Positions 39,690 to 52,460 of a stretch of DNA of 64,000 nucleotides are shown piece after piece. The stretch comes from Octopus vulgaris (taxonomy: Eukaryota): NCBI GenBank assembly GCA_951406725.2, contig OX597814.1, positions 18,290,001-18,354,000 of the forward strand. The letters are read 5' to 3'. A model generated the notes under the pieces. The model worked only from the letters and a program-made list of their open reading frames with translations. It was not told where the DNA came from and did not search any database. Both the position numbers and the translations under genes were made by a program. Within the stretch, counting starts at the first letter, position 1. Each line of letters starts with the position of its first letter.

Positions 39690-40165
39690 AGGACGGAAAC
39701 ACACCAACAACAGTTGTGAAGCAGTGATAGGGAGACTAACAGATACACACACTCACACACATGCATATTTATAATCGACAGACTCATTTCCGTTTCCGGC
39801 TACCAAGTTCATTCACAATTTCCGAGTTCCTGGTTAATGGTTCCCTGACACTTTGAGCGGGTGTCTCCTACTATAATTTCGTGCTGACCAAAGCTTTGTG
39901 AGTGGATTTGGTAGCCGGAAACGGAAAGGAGTCCATCGTATGTGTCCAACTGTCTGTCTGTTTGTTTCCCTATCACTGCTTGACAACTTGCGTTGGTGTG
40001 TTTCCGTCACTGTAACTTAGCGGTTTGGCAAATGACATAATATTTACTAGGCTTAAAATGTAAGTCCTGGGGGGGGGGGGTCAAATTGTTTGACTAGAAC
40101 CCTTCAGAGCAGTACTCCAGCATGGCCGCAGCCAAATGACTGAAAGAACTAAAACAATAAATAAA
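39690..40165. mobile_element. two older family B-like copies in opposite orientation
   Basis: Minus fragment at ~39690-39820 and diverged plus copy at ~39830-40165. Confidence 0.7.
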
Positions 40166-40540
40166 ACATGAGCACTCAGAGAGCGCAAACCTCCACCAAG
40201 GCAACATCAACGTCCTCTCAACGATTAGCCGGAAATTAATTTTAAAATTAGAATATCTGAAATAAACTCGACTGCTCTCACAAACAAGAATGCTAAAAAT
40301 GAACCCGACCGCTCTTAAAATTTAAGTAAAAAAAAAAAAAGGAAAGAGTAATCCAGAATCCTTGTCCGGTACCGGGTCGATCCCAAAATCCAATCGTTTC
40401 GTACCAGTCACAAGGGCAAACATCCCCGAAAGTTCCATACGAATCCATCCAGCGGTTCTTGAGGTATCTTGTCCACGGACAAACAAACAAACAAACACGA
40501 CTGAAGACAATACGCCAGCGTTCGTTAAGGTGGAGGTAAT
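40166..40540 (-). mobile_element. Helentron-associated (HINE/DINE-1-like) non-autonomous element
   Basis: Subterminal inverted repeats acctccacc (~40189) and ggtggaggt (~40529), terminal hairpin gcactcagagagcgc, and a (GTTT)n tract near the other end. Confidence 0.7.
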
Positions 40541-40544
40541 AAAT

Positions 40545-40932
40545 GTGGAGGCGCAATGGCCCAGTGGTTAGGGCAGCGGACTCGCGGTCATAGGATCGCG
40601 GTTTCGATTCCCAGACCGGGCGTTGTGAGTGTTTATTGAGCGAAAACACCTAAAAAGCTCCACGAAGCTCCGGCAGGGGATGGTGGTGATCCCTGCTGTA
40701 CTCTTTCACCACAACTTTCTCTCACTCTTACTTCCTGTTTCTGTTGTACCTGTATTTCAAAGGGCCGGCCTTGTCACTCTCTGTGTCACGCTGAATATCC
40801 CCGAGAACTACGTTAAGGGTGCACGTGTCTGTGGAGTGCTCAGCCACTTACACGTTAATTTCACGAGCAGGCTGTTCCGTTGATTCGGATCAACCGGAAC
40901 CCTCATCGTCGTAACCGACGGAGTGCTTCCAA
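40545..40932 (+). mobile_element. SINE family C, full length
   Basis: TSD ggaggtaataaat at 40532-40544 and 40933-40945, duplicating the HINE terminus. Confidence 0.93.
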
Positions 40933-41092
40933 GGAGGTAATAAATAAATAAAGGTGGAAAATAGTAAATTATTTGTTATTGTTATTTTGTTATTACTTTT
41001 AGTTTGTTTTAAACTGTTTCCTTTTTTTGTGTGTTTACGCTTTTTTGATTGCAACCAGGACCGTCATTGTTTTCCGGGAATTTATACAGATC

Positions 41093-43222
41093 AATATCAC
41101 ACCTTTTGTTTTTAAAACGGCAGTGTAGGATTTCTATGTGGTTTGACTGTTATTTCTAGCAGATCGTACAATCGCTGGCAGGCTCTTAGATAAGTTCATG
41201 TAAATCAAGAAAGTCTTACCGAGCCTAGAAGTGATACATTACGAAGAAACAAAGCAAAGGAATGTGACTGAGACTCAACCAAAATTTGCTCGAATCCACT
41301 GCTTTAATATCACACCTTTTGTTTTTAAAACGGCAGTGTAGGATTTCTATGAGATTTGACTGTTATTTCTAGCAGATCGTACAATCGCTGGCAGGCTCTT
41401 AGATAAGTTCATGTAAATCAAGAAAGTCTTACCGAGCCTAGAAGTGATACATTACGAAGAAACAAAGCAAAGGAATGTGACTGAGACTCAACCAAAATTT
41501 GCTCGAATCCACTGCTTTAATATCACACCTTTTGTTTTTAAAACGGCAGTGTAGGATTTCTATGAGATTTGACTGTTATTTCTAGCAGATCGTACAATCG
41601 CTGGCAGGCTCTTAGATAAGTTCATGTAAATCAAGAAAGTCTTACCGAGCCTAGAAGTGATACATTACGAAGAAACAAAGCAAAGGAATGTGACTGAGAC
41701 TCAACCAAAATTTGCTCGAATCCACTGCTTTAATATCACACCTTTTGTTTTTAAAACGGCAGTGTAGGATTTCTATGAGATTTGACTGTTATTTCTAGCA
41801 GATCGTACAATCGCTGGCAGGCTCTTAGATAAGTTCATGTAAATCAAGAAAGTCTTACCGAGCCTAGAAGTGATACATTACGAAGAAACAAAGCAAAGGA
41901 ATGTGACTGAGACTCAACCAAAATTTGGTCGAATCCACTGCTTTAATATCACACCTTTTGTTTTTAAAACGGCAGTGTAGGATTTCTATGAGATTTGACT
42001 GTTATTTCTAGCAGATCGTACAATCGCTGGCAGGCTCTTAGATAAGTTCATGTAAATCAAGAAAGTCTTCCCGAGCCTAGAAGTGATACATTACGAAGAA
42101 ACAAAGCAAAGGAATGTGACTGAGACTCAACCAAAATTTGCTCGAATCCACTGCTTTAATATCACACCTTTTGTTTTTAAAACGGCAGTGTAGGATTTCT
42201 ATGAGATTTGACTGTTATTTCTAGCAGATCGTACAATCGCTGGCAGGCTCTTAGATAAGTTCATGTAAATCAAGAAAGTCTTACCGAGCCTAGAAGTGAT
42301 ACATTACGAAGAAACAAAGCAAAGGAATGTGACTGAGACTCAACCAAAATTTGGTCGAATCCACTGCTTTAATATCACACCTTTTGTTTTTAAAACGGCA
42401 GTGTAGGATTTCTATGAGATTTGACTGTTATTTCTAGCAGATCGTACAATCGCTGGCAGGCTCTTAGATAAGTTCATGTAAATCAAGAAAGTCTTCCCGA
42501 GCCTAGAAGTGATACATTACGAAGAAACAAAGCAAAGGAATGTGACTGAGACTCAACCAAAATTTGGTCGAATCCACTGCTTTAATATCACACCTTTTGT
42601 TTTTAAAACGGCAGTGTAGGATTTCTATGAGATTTGACTGTTATTTCTAGCAGATCGTACAATCGCTGGCAGGCTCTTAGATAAGTTCATGTAAATCAAG
42701 AAAGTCTTACCGAGCCTAGAAGTGATACATTACGAAGAAACAAAGCAAAGGAATGTGACTGAGACTCAACCAAAATTTGGTCGAATCCACTGCTTTAATA
42801 TCACACCTTTTGTTTTTAAAACGGCAGTGTAGGATTTCTATGAGATTTGACTGTTATTTCTAGCAGATCGTACAATCGCTGGCAGGCTCTTAGATAAGTT
42901 CATGTAAATCAAGAAAGTCTTACCGAGCCTAGAAGTGATACATTACGAAGAAACAAAGCAAAGGAATGTGACTGAGACTCAACCAAAATTTGCTCGAATC
43001 CACTGCTTTAATATCACACCTTTTGTTTTTAAAACGGCAGTGTAGGATTTCTATGAGATTTGACTGTTATTTCTAGCAGTTCGTACAAGCGCTGGCAGGC
43101 TCTTAGATAAGTTCATGTAAATCAAGAAAGTTTTACCGAGCCTAGAAGTGATACATTACGAAGAAACAAAGCAAAGGAATGTGACTGAGACTCAACCAAA
43201 ATTTGGTCGAATCCACTGCTTT
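41093..43222. repeat. tandem array of 10 near-identical 213-bp units
   Basis: Unit start aatatcacacc at 41093, 41306, 41519, 41732, 41945, 42158, 42371, 42584, 42797 and 43010. Confidence 0.98.
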
Positions 43223-43559
43223 ATTAAATATCTAAGTAGTCTAACACGTTTCATCAAGCTCATTAATCTATTGTAGCTATTAACACGTTAATGCTTTATC
43301 TAATACTGCATTTGTGTAAAGCTAAAATTGTAATATGGTAGCTAAATACTTGACAAAAGAATTACATTTATCATATTATATAACGGTGAAATATGTGACA
43401 TTTATGCCACGTTTTAACACAGTTGTTATTTTTTTAGTAATTGTTTTGTTGAACTTTTCGTAATGTTTATGTTATTTGTGTATTTATTTACTTACATCGG
43501 CTATTATCTATGGTTTATGGCGAAGAAGAATGGAAAGATTGTAAAACGAACAGACAGCG

Positions 43560-43575
43560 AAGGCGCATGCGCCTT
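43560..43575. promoter_or_regulatory. 16-bp palindrome containing an NRF1-type GCGCATGCGC core
   Basis: aaggcgcatgcgcctt within a locally CpG-rich unique island. Function is inferred only. Confidence 0.3.
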
Positions 43576-43705
43576 TCTCCCAAGCACAGCACAGATTATA
43601 TAATGCGTCGCCAGCATGTCTGCGCAGAACTTTACTCAGCAGACACTCGATGCCGTGCGGAGGGCTACACGCTGTCTCTTGTTACATGAACGCTCACAAA
43701 ACGGC

Positions 43706-43794
43706 CTAACCTCTGACCTCGGGATTCCACAATTTCGCATACTTGATACGTTTGTTGTACATATACATCGACACAACGCCTTTTGGGGATTTGC
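43706..43794 (-). other. candidate exon of an unidentified host gene (possible terminal coding segment xKSPKGVVSMYMYNKRIKYAKLWNPEVRG*)
   Basis: Long pyrimidine tract then ttctttgacAG|, unique CpG-rich sequence, and downstream AATAAA at ~43483-43488 on the minus strand. No homology recognised. Confidence 0.3.
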
Positions 43795-44046
43795 CTGTCA
43801 AAGAACACACTTGAGGTCATTCGAAGACAAAAGACATAAAGAAGAAAAGGAAACGAACGAAAAGAAAGCGAGATAGACTAAACCCGTATGAATGAAATAA
43901 ATGAAGAAATAAATAAATGAAAAAGAAACGAAAAAGATGAAAACACTAAAATAACAACTAGCTACAACAAAGAAAATAAATACGACCTCCTTCGCGTGTG
44001 TTGGAATATATGTGGGTGTATGTATGTACGTATATATGTATCTGTA

Positions 44047-44111
<65 letters not shown>

Positions 44112-44234
44112 GTATATGTAAATATATGTATATGCATATATATATATATATGTATATGTATATATATATAGGTGTGTATATATAATGTATATATATATCT
44201 TTGTATATGTATATATTATATTATATTATATTAT

Positions 44235-44285
<51 letters not shown>

Positions 44286-44499
44286 CATCTGTATGTATGT
44301 ATATATGTATGCAATTTCAGTTATTTTTACCTTAATAAACCATTTCCCCTCATCTAGTGGAGATTTGTTTAATGAAAACTACAAATTGGCTGTTAACATC
44401 ATAAATTGATGAGGGCGAAGTGCCATACGGTCTTCGTATTGTATACTTCTATTGTTGGTAGCAATGATTGCTAGCGCTTTAGATATAACTACAAGAACA

Positions 44500-44644
44500 A
44501 CTAGTAGCAACTGCGATAGTAACAGCAATAGCAGGACCACTACTACAACATGCACCACCACCACCACCACCACCACCACCAGTAGCTGTAGTTGCGGCAG
44601 CAGCGGCGGTAGTAGTAGTTGTGGGAGTGGCAGCAGCAGCAACC

Positions 44645-44702
<58 letters not shown>

Positions 44703-44736
44703 CAACAGAAGCAGCAGAAGCGGCGGCAGCAGCTGC

Positions 44737-44795
<59 letters not shown>

Positions 44796-44838
44796 TGGCA
44801 GCAGAAGCAGCAGAAGCGGCGGCAGCAGCTGCAGCAGA

Positions 44839-44920
<82 letters not shown>

Positions 44921-45075
44921 ATAGTAGTAGTAGTAGTAGTAGTGGTAGCAGAAGCAGCAGAAGCCGCGGCAGCAGCAGCAGTAGCAGTAGCAGTAGCGGT
45001 AGTAGTAGTAGTACTAGTAGTAGTAGTAGTAGTAGTAATACGAAATAGTAGTAGTAGTAGTAGTAGTAGTAGTAC
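44500..45075. repeat. (AGT)n/(AGC)n compound microsatellite with repeated gcagaagcagcagaagcggc modules
   Basis: Directly visible; it explains the poly-S/V/L ORFs. Confidence 0.93.
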
Positions 45076-45162
45076 AAATACAAATATCGCCGCAAATTCT
45101 TTGAAATATTGTCGTAATGTAAGTAAGAATCATTGTTATCATCGTTGTTATAATTATCGAGG

Positions 45163-45590
45163 ACGGCGAGCTGACAGAATCGTTAAGCACACCGGTTAAA
45201 AGGCTTAAAGTAATTTTGTCCGCCATCACCTTCTGAGTTCAAGTTACGCTGAGTTCGAACATGCCTTTCATTCTTTTCGAGTCGATAAAATAAGTACCAA
45301 TTGAGCACTAGGGTGGACGTTATCAATTTCCTCCGCTCCCAAAAGTGCTGAACTTGTGTTGAAATTTGAAACCATTAATATCATTATTATTATTAAAGCG
45401 GCGAATTGATAGATCGTTAGGGCATCGGACAAAATCCTTAACGATATCTTCTTCAAATCCTGTCGAAATAAACTCTGATTTTCTCATTTCCAGTTCGCTG
45501 AAATAAAGTTCTTTTCAGTACTGAGATTGATATGATTGGCTAACCCAACCACCCCTAAAATTGTTGGCCTTCTACCAAAATTTGAATCCA
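45163..45590 (+). mobile_element. two old diverged family A-like SINEs in tandem
   Basis: Heads at ~45163 and ~45398; tails end aaatttgaa(a/t)ccatta. Confidence 0.65.
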
Positions 45591-45593
45591 TTA

Positions 45594-45637
<44 letters not shown>

Positions 45638-46191
45638 GAGTGAGAGAGCAGTGCATGCCATCAAAGTGACACTGGGGTAAAATATACGAAGCCCAATATA
45701 CCCATCATGGCTACCCGTCTGATAAAGGTACACCAGGCACATGCATCACAACCATATGTGCGCGACATGGTGATCTCATATCAAGATAAACAGCACATGA
45801 CCTTGCAGGTGGGGCCCAGTTAGAATTTTCTTCAGGTTGAGTAGCCCATCCCGCTCAAAAGGTCCATGAATAAGGGTTGTTTAAGGATGTTGAAAGAACC
45901 ACCCATGTTTCCAGAGGTGAATTATTCAAACCCCAAAGAATCCCTCTCAACACATGGCTATGATGCTCCCCCACTACTTCTGCTCGTGATCAGAGATGCA
46001 CATATCGTCAGCCAGTAAGGGACATGGTCAACTGGTTAAGGTCAAACAACTGACAAGCAAATCTGTGGTTCTGAGCAGAATATTTGCTGTAGCCCATCTT
46101 TTATACCAAGACAAAACAATGTACATGATAACACTTCCAATCAGTTAAGATCAGAAGCCATGAGAGCCATTGCCTGGTACTGCATCAGGGC
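45638..46191 (-). mobile_element. ~550-bp non-coding element inserted in a (TAA)n tract
   Basis: Sharp ends against (ATT)n on both sides, higher GC, no ORF and no tRNA head. Strand assignment is tentative. Confidence 0.55.
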
Positions 46192-48530
46192 TATTATTAT
46201 TATTATTATTACTATTATGTTGGTTTGACTCGGGTTCCTGGTAGCATTTATGTGGGTAGCAGGTTACTACCTTTAAACTTAGGTATCCATAAGTTTTCAG
46301 AAGCCTTTGAAGTACATCGAACTTTCTTGATAATAGCTGCTGTCCCTAAGAAACAATAAATCTTAGATCTCAAGCAGCTATTTTAAGATTCTGGCAGAAT
46401 ATAAGATTGTATTTTTCCACAGGTTGACAATGCGAGTTTCAATTCCAATGTATTTCAGGTTGTTGGTAACATTTTGTTTTATACAAAGTGCACCAATTAC
46501 CATAGGAACAATTATTGTCTTGTTTTCCACAGTCTCTTCGGTTCTCTGCCTAGATCCTGATGTTTCTCAAAGTTTTTTAAAATCTTTTAGTATCGACTCC
46601 GCAATCTTAAGGATTTACAAAATCTTTGTTCTTACCTAGTTTGTTTATTTCGTCTTCTACAATCATGTTTGTTCTCGCTTCAATAGGATGGTCAGCCCAT
46701 ACGGAGAAGCTCCATCAGATTCTGAAATTCTAGTTTTCTGTCACAGCCTCTGGTTCGCGTTCATGCCATCATTTTGTTACTTTGAAAACACACACACGTT
46801 TAACTTTCCAAAGCATACTTTTTAATCTACATAGACATACATGCACTTATACTCTTTTTGTGCTAGTGTACTTTTCAAGAGATGATTGAAACTTTCGTTT
46901 CCTTTCCTACAGATTTCATATTTGCTGTGGGACTGAGATTTATCGATGTTTGACTTCATCGCATATGTTCCAATTGCTTGTTCCTGGGTGAACATATTTA
47001 ACGCTTCATCTCCCGTTTCAGGTGTCCATTCGTCACCTAAAGCCAGCGTTATTTATTTCTGACATTTTCCGTTTGAATTGTATGAATTGGCCATGTAATT
47101 CCATTTCATTTCCGTCCATCCGCTTTTTCTGTTGTTCTTCCTTCTCTTTTTGAATTCTCCTGTAATTTCAGTCACAGTTTGAGTATTTACCCGCCGAAAG
47201 TGTTCTTTACTCAGCACAACATAATTTTGCGTTCTTTTTTTTTTTTGCGCTTAGTAATCTTCTGCCACTTTCTTTTCTTGGTAGGGAGAGTCTCTTGGTA
47301 TTACTTTTAGGGTGGTGAGCAGTTTTCTTGTTCTTCTACCGACGTTCTGTAGCTCTGCCTTTGTCTATTTCAGAAAGGGGGCTGAGTATCTCGGTACGGT
47401 CTTAGCCCATGTATTTGTTGTTTTAATGCTTGTCCATCCATTTAGTTTTATTTCGAGTACTTTCCTAATTCTCTTTTTGAACCCTTTTGAGATTTTTCCC
47501 CCATTTCTCCCTCCGTTAGAGTCTTACAGTACTCTATGGTATTTGTATCCCTCATTATTCCACGACCATCTAATGATGTTTCCTTGTGGTCATTTTGTGT
47601 CATTAAAGTTTATCTTCCAGCCTCTCTTTATAATTAGTACTGCGCACTCATCGACCTCAAACTGCATTCCAGTACCTTTACTGAATACTCTTACCGTTTG
47701 GAACAAAGACTCTAGGTTCTTCACATTATTTGTATATAGCTTCAGCTCATCCACACAAACCAGGTGGTTTATTTTCACCTCAGGTTAAGTAAACACAATG
47801 GTGAGCCTAGATTTTCTCAGTATTCTTGTCACAGAGATTAATGCAATATTGAACAGTAACAAAGAGACAGAGAGAGACAGAGAGACAGAGAGAGAAAGAG
47901 CGAGTCCTCCTCGAAAATGCCGCTGAGTATTTCTGTGTTTGCTAGTGATTCATTTGTATCTGAAATTTCTAATTTCCACTCTCTCATTGCTTTTTACAAA
48001 AAAAAAAAATACAAAAAAAATACAAAAAAAAATGTTTATCATTTCATTGACGCCGAACGTCCCAAGAGCCAGCTGTGTGGGACATTGTCGTAAGCCTACT
48101 TGTAACGTATCCAACCAATAGTAAAATTCTTGTTTCTTACTCTAACTTCATTTAATATCGTACTATCTATATATAGTAGATAAGCTGTCATTCTTGATTC
48201 TTTTCTACATCCTTTTTGCTATCTGGCAAGAGATTATACTTTTCCAGGAAATCATATATCTCATATGCAATGAAACCAAGTATTAATTTCCAGAGTAATG
48301 ATAAATAAGTAATAGATATATAATTGCTGGTATCTCCTCTCTTTTATTTATCCTTCTGTATGTGCATTGTCCTTACATTTGTTATGCAAACTTTATATTT
48401 TCTAAGCAGTCAGTAAAACAGGATCTATACAACTGTGTAGAGTTGAGAGATTTTTGAAGAAGAAACCCTGGTTATCATATTGTCCGAGGGCATTTTTTAA
48501 TTTGGTAATCTTTTGATAACACGTGCACAA
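46192..48530 (-). mobile_element. decayed R4/Dong-like non-LTR retrotransposon (RT plus restriction-like endonuclease), 3' part
   Basis: SGIFEEDSL..LLFNIALISVTRILRKS (cf. GIFQGDSLSPLLF), KINHLVCVDELKLY (cf. HLLFMDDLKLY), WHEREPEAVTEN*NFRI*WSFSVWADHPIEAR (RLE region), FLGTAAIIKKV, and a (TAA)n tail at 46192-46218. Confidence 0.8.
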
Positions 48531-48533
48531 ATA

Positions 48534-48758
48534 CTATTTTACTCTTTTACTTGTTTCAGTCATTTTGACTGCGGCCATGCTGGAGTACCGCCTTTAGTCG
48601 TGCAAATCGACCCCAGGATTTATTCTTTGGAAGCCTAGTACTTATTCTATTGGTCTCTTTTGCCGAACCGCTAAGTTACAAGGACGTAAACACACCAGCA
48701 TCGGTTGTCAAGCGACGTTGGGGGGACAAACACAGAAACACAAACATATACACACACA

Positions 48759-48823
<65 letters not shown>

Positions 48824-48985
48824 GACGAGCTTCTTTCAGTTTCCGTCAACCAAATCCACTCACAAGGCTTTGGTCGGCCCGAGGCTATAGCAGAAGGCAA
48901 TTGCCCAAGATGCCACGCAGTGGGAATGAACCCGGAACCATGTGGCTGGTAAGCAAGCTACTTACGACACAGCCGCTCCTGCGCC
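48534..48985 (-). mobile_element. SINE family B
   Basis: Full copy. Confidence 0.92.
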
Positions 48986-49938
48986 AATTTCGTTTACATC
49001 TATACTGATTCGAATTTCGCAATTCCTTTCACATTAATACACCAGCTCAATTTTTATAATTTCGCAAATGAGTGTCAAAAATTTCTAGATATAGTTTTTA
49101 AATTATGTTACCTTCAGCCATCAACACATCCAATCTCGGATATACATTACGTCTCTCACGACCACTACCAACACATATGAACACAGAAATATTAACAGAA
49201 ACGAGCCAACAAAAGGAATTATGCGTTGCGTTTTGAATTGCATGGAACAGAAGGAAAGTGCCACTCAAAATACACAAAGCAATGTGAAAAGTGGTATGCA
49301 TTGAATTGGGTAGTTCTAGATACCATCATTTTAAGAATAAGACAGGATAACCGTAAATTTAATGACTTTCCTTCTAGCCTTGTCGATATACGAGGTCAAC
49401 GTAGGACTAACATTAGCAACAACAAAACTGGCTAGATCGCTTTACCCAAATAATACAAGGTAAAATCACGATTACGAGCTCGACAGCTAGACCAATAAAT
49501 GCGAACTGATATTACTCCTTCATACAGTAAACTACCAGAAGCGTAAATCAAAATCTTGAATAGAATCTTTCTTCATTTCTGCTGTACTTCTAATAAACGG
49601 GACAAATTTCGACACGCTATTTAAAAAATTTGACAGTAGATGCTAAGAGGTTCCTTTTACAAGCTGCGAAAATATAATGCTTACAAAAATGTAACAATAT
49701 TTCACTCCTGATATTTGCAATTGGCTCATTTCTAGACATGTAGATCTTGCATTAAAGACTTCCGATTTTGTAGGTTCTTCAGTTTAAAAGTAATCTGGTG
49801 TTGATTTCAGTCGGTCGTAACGCTTCTTTTTGAAAGAATAACTGGATTAGATGGAAGTGAGCCAAAATGATCTGCATGGGGAGGAAGAGTCAATAAAATG
49901 ACACATTAGATAAGGTGTAAAATAACCGTAACCTACTT

Positions 49939-49981
<43 letters not shown>

Positions 49982-49982
<1 letters not shown>

Positions 49983-50208
49983 GCGAGCTGGTAGAAACGT
50001 TAGCACGCCGAGCGAAATTCGTAGCCGTATTTCGTCTGTCGTTACGTTCCGAGTTCAAATTCCGCCGAGGTCGACTTTGCCTTTCATCCTTTCGGGGTCG
50101 ATAAATTAAGTACCAGTTACGCACTGGGGTCGATGTAGTCGACTTAATCCCTTTGTCTGTCCTTGTTTGCCCCCTCTGTGTTTAGCCCCTTGTGGGTAGT
50201 AAAGAAAT
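49982..50208 (+). mobile_element. SINE family A monomer
   Basis: Lies between (CA)n and (TA)n tracts. Confidence 0.92.
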
Positions 50209-50258
50209 ATATATATATATATGTATATATGTGATATATATATATGTGCGTGTGTGTG

Positions 50259-50304
<46 letters not shown>

Positions 50305-50449
50305 ATTATAGAAACATCATACTGAAAGCGCCAAAGGATGAGAAATAGCTAACGTTTCGGACAGGGATATTCTTCAAGGTGAACTTGCTACAAGAGAGAT
50401 ACATATTGCTATGTGGATAATTTATTTCTATTGTGTTTGCTTTAAAAGC

Positions 50450-51245
50450 GAAATTATAGAAAAATTAGACGCATTTTACTCATTTGATGCTCTTTTGTCG
50501 TCTCCGGAACGGATACAATATGTACGTACAGCAGAAAATACATTTACAGTTGATGGAGATGGTGTGTTATTTGACAAGACTATTCGAATTTGGATCGCAA
50601 GGTTTAAGAGTGAAAATTAACTTTTATCTGGATGAGTGTGAACAATCCAGTAGGCTTACAGTTGTTGATGATGACAACACCAAAACTGTTAACTGAAATA
50701 ATCTAGGTCACACAACACGAAACATCATAGAAACACATTCAATATATCTCATATGAGCATTACAAGGCATTTAAAAAAGCACTGGATGCATGAATTGCTA
50801 TGATGCTTGGGCTTCTCATTATTTATTGGACGAATAATTAATAGACCGCAGTTCTATCTATGATTCCCTATTGAGACGCAACAAAAACGATCCATTTTTG
50901 GAAAGAATGATCACCGAAGATGGAAAATGTGTCCTTTACATCAATGCGAAGTGAAAAATATATTGGAGGAAACGAAACCACCATTAATTAAACCTAACCG
51001 GTCGAAAATATGATGCTCTATACTTTGTAGGTTTGGAAAAACATTGTGTATTACGAGGTTCTTTGAATTCAGACAATTCTTGTTTCCAATGTGACTGATT
51101 ACAGGAGGTAACCGATGAAAGACTTCAAGAATTGTCCAATCGGAAGTGTGTTATCTGTAAGGAAGACGATACCAGACATTGTGTAAGCTTGTAGACCCAG
51201 CAGAATTTAGTAAAGCTAGGCTCGGATCTCTTATCACACTTATGC
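50450..51245 (+). pseudogene. mariner-family transposase relic
   Basis: DGDGVLFDKTIRIWIARFKSEN, EQSSRLTVVDDD, YDAWASHYL (cf. WVPHEL) and DSLLRRNKNDPFLERMITEDGKCVLY (cf. FLxRxITGDEKWxxY). Many frameshifts; TIRs not identified. Confidence 0.8.
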
Positions 51246-51277
51246 ACACGCACACACATACGCACGCACGCACACAC

Positions 51278-51316
<39 letters not shown>

Positions 51317-51596
51317 TGAACATGTAATAATGTTTGTTTCTTTTTGTAAAGTGATATATAAAAACAGTTCAACATAAAAATTGAAGGATTAATCAATACA
51401 TATCAATCGCGAAAAAATTATTAATTTTGACAAATGTGAAGTTTACATCTCATCTCATTCCATCTTCTTCACCTACTTACTCCTGGGATGGTTGCAGGAA
51501 CAGAATCCTTAAGCGTACATCCCAGCGGAATGTTGCTGCCCTTTCGAATTGATCCGGCTGGATCTCAAAGTAGGAGCAACCAAGTTCATGGATATT

Positions 51597-51980
51597 TAGG
51601 AGCACTCCGTCGGTTACGACGATGAGGGTCCCAGCTGATACGATCAACGGATTAGCTTGCTCGTGGAATTAACGTGCAAGTGGCTGAGCACTCCACAGAC
51701 ACGTGTACCCTTAACGTAGTTCTCGGGGAGATTCAGCGTGACACAGAGTGTGACAAGGCTGGCCCTTTGAAATACAGGTACAACAGAAACAGGAAGTAAG
51801 AGTGAGAGAAAGTTGTGGTGAAAGAGTACAGCAGGGTTCATCACCATCCCCTGCCGGAGCCTCGTGAAGCTTTAGGTGTTTTCGCTCAATAAACACTCAC
51901 AATGCCCGGTCTGGGAATCGAAACCGCGATCCTACGACCGCGAGTCCGCTGCCCTAACCACTGGGCCATTGCGCCTCCAC
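51597..51980 (-). mobile_element. SINE family C, full length
   Basis: TSD tcatggatatt at 51586-51596 and 51981-51991. Confidence 0.93.
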
Positions 51981-52215
51981 TCATGGATATTATCTTCGTA
52001 GACACCAAAAAGGCATACGATCGCGAACAAGAACGAGAGGAAAGTATTGTGGACGGTTCTGAGATTGATGGACAGATACTTGTTGCCCAGAAGTCCCCTA
52101 TATGAATGCCCTTAGTATTCGAGTTGGATAATGGTGTTTTATTGAAACCACTTAATGTCGGTGACAGACTACGCCAAAAGTTCGTACTGCCACCGCTCCT
52201 GGTCATAGAAATAAG
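51981..52215 (+). pseudogene. RTE-clade LINE reverse transcriptase fragment
   Basis: IIFVDTKKAYDR, IDGQILVAQKS and NGVLLKPLNVGDRLRQKFVLPPLLVI (cf. FVDLEKAYDR and GLRQGCVLSPLLF). Confidence 0.75.
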
Positions 52216-52347
52216 GTTAAATTCAACTTTGTCTTCGAAATTCCGTCATAGTAGTCCTGATGTTACAATCTGTTTTATATATACGTGTGTGTGTGTGTGT
52301 GTATATGCATACATAGACATTTATTTATATACATATGTGTATATGCA

Positions 52348-52460
<113 letters not shown>

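Noticed and set aside
41093-43222. CRISPR array or repetitive coding exon
   Set aside because: Units are contiguous with no unique spacers, there are no cas genes, the context is eukaryotic, and there is no long ORF even though 213 is divisible by 3.
44379-45199. Long poly-Leu/Ser/Val ORFs
   Set aside because: Stop-free frames of an AGT/AGC microsatellite.
46125-46191. U2 snRNA-like fragment
   Set aside because: Only short scattered word matches, with no branch-point-pairing or Sm-site context.
50345-50385. Penelope-type motif ttgaagaa...cgaaacgtt on the minus strand
   Set aside because: The core is altered and stem I does not pair; too weak to call.
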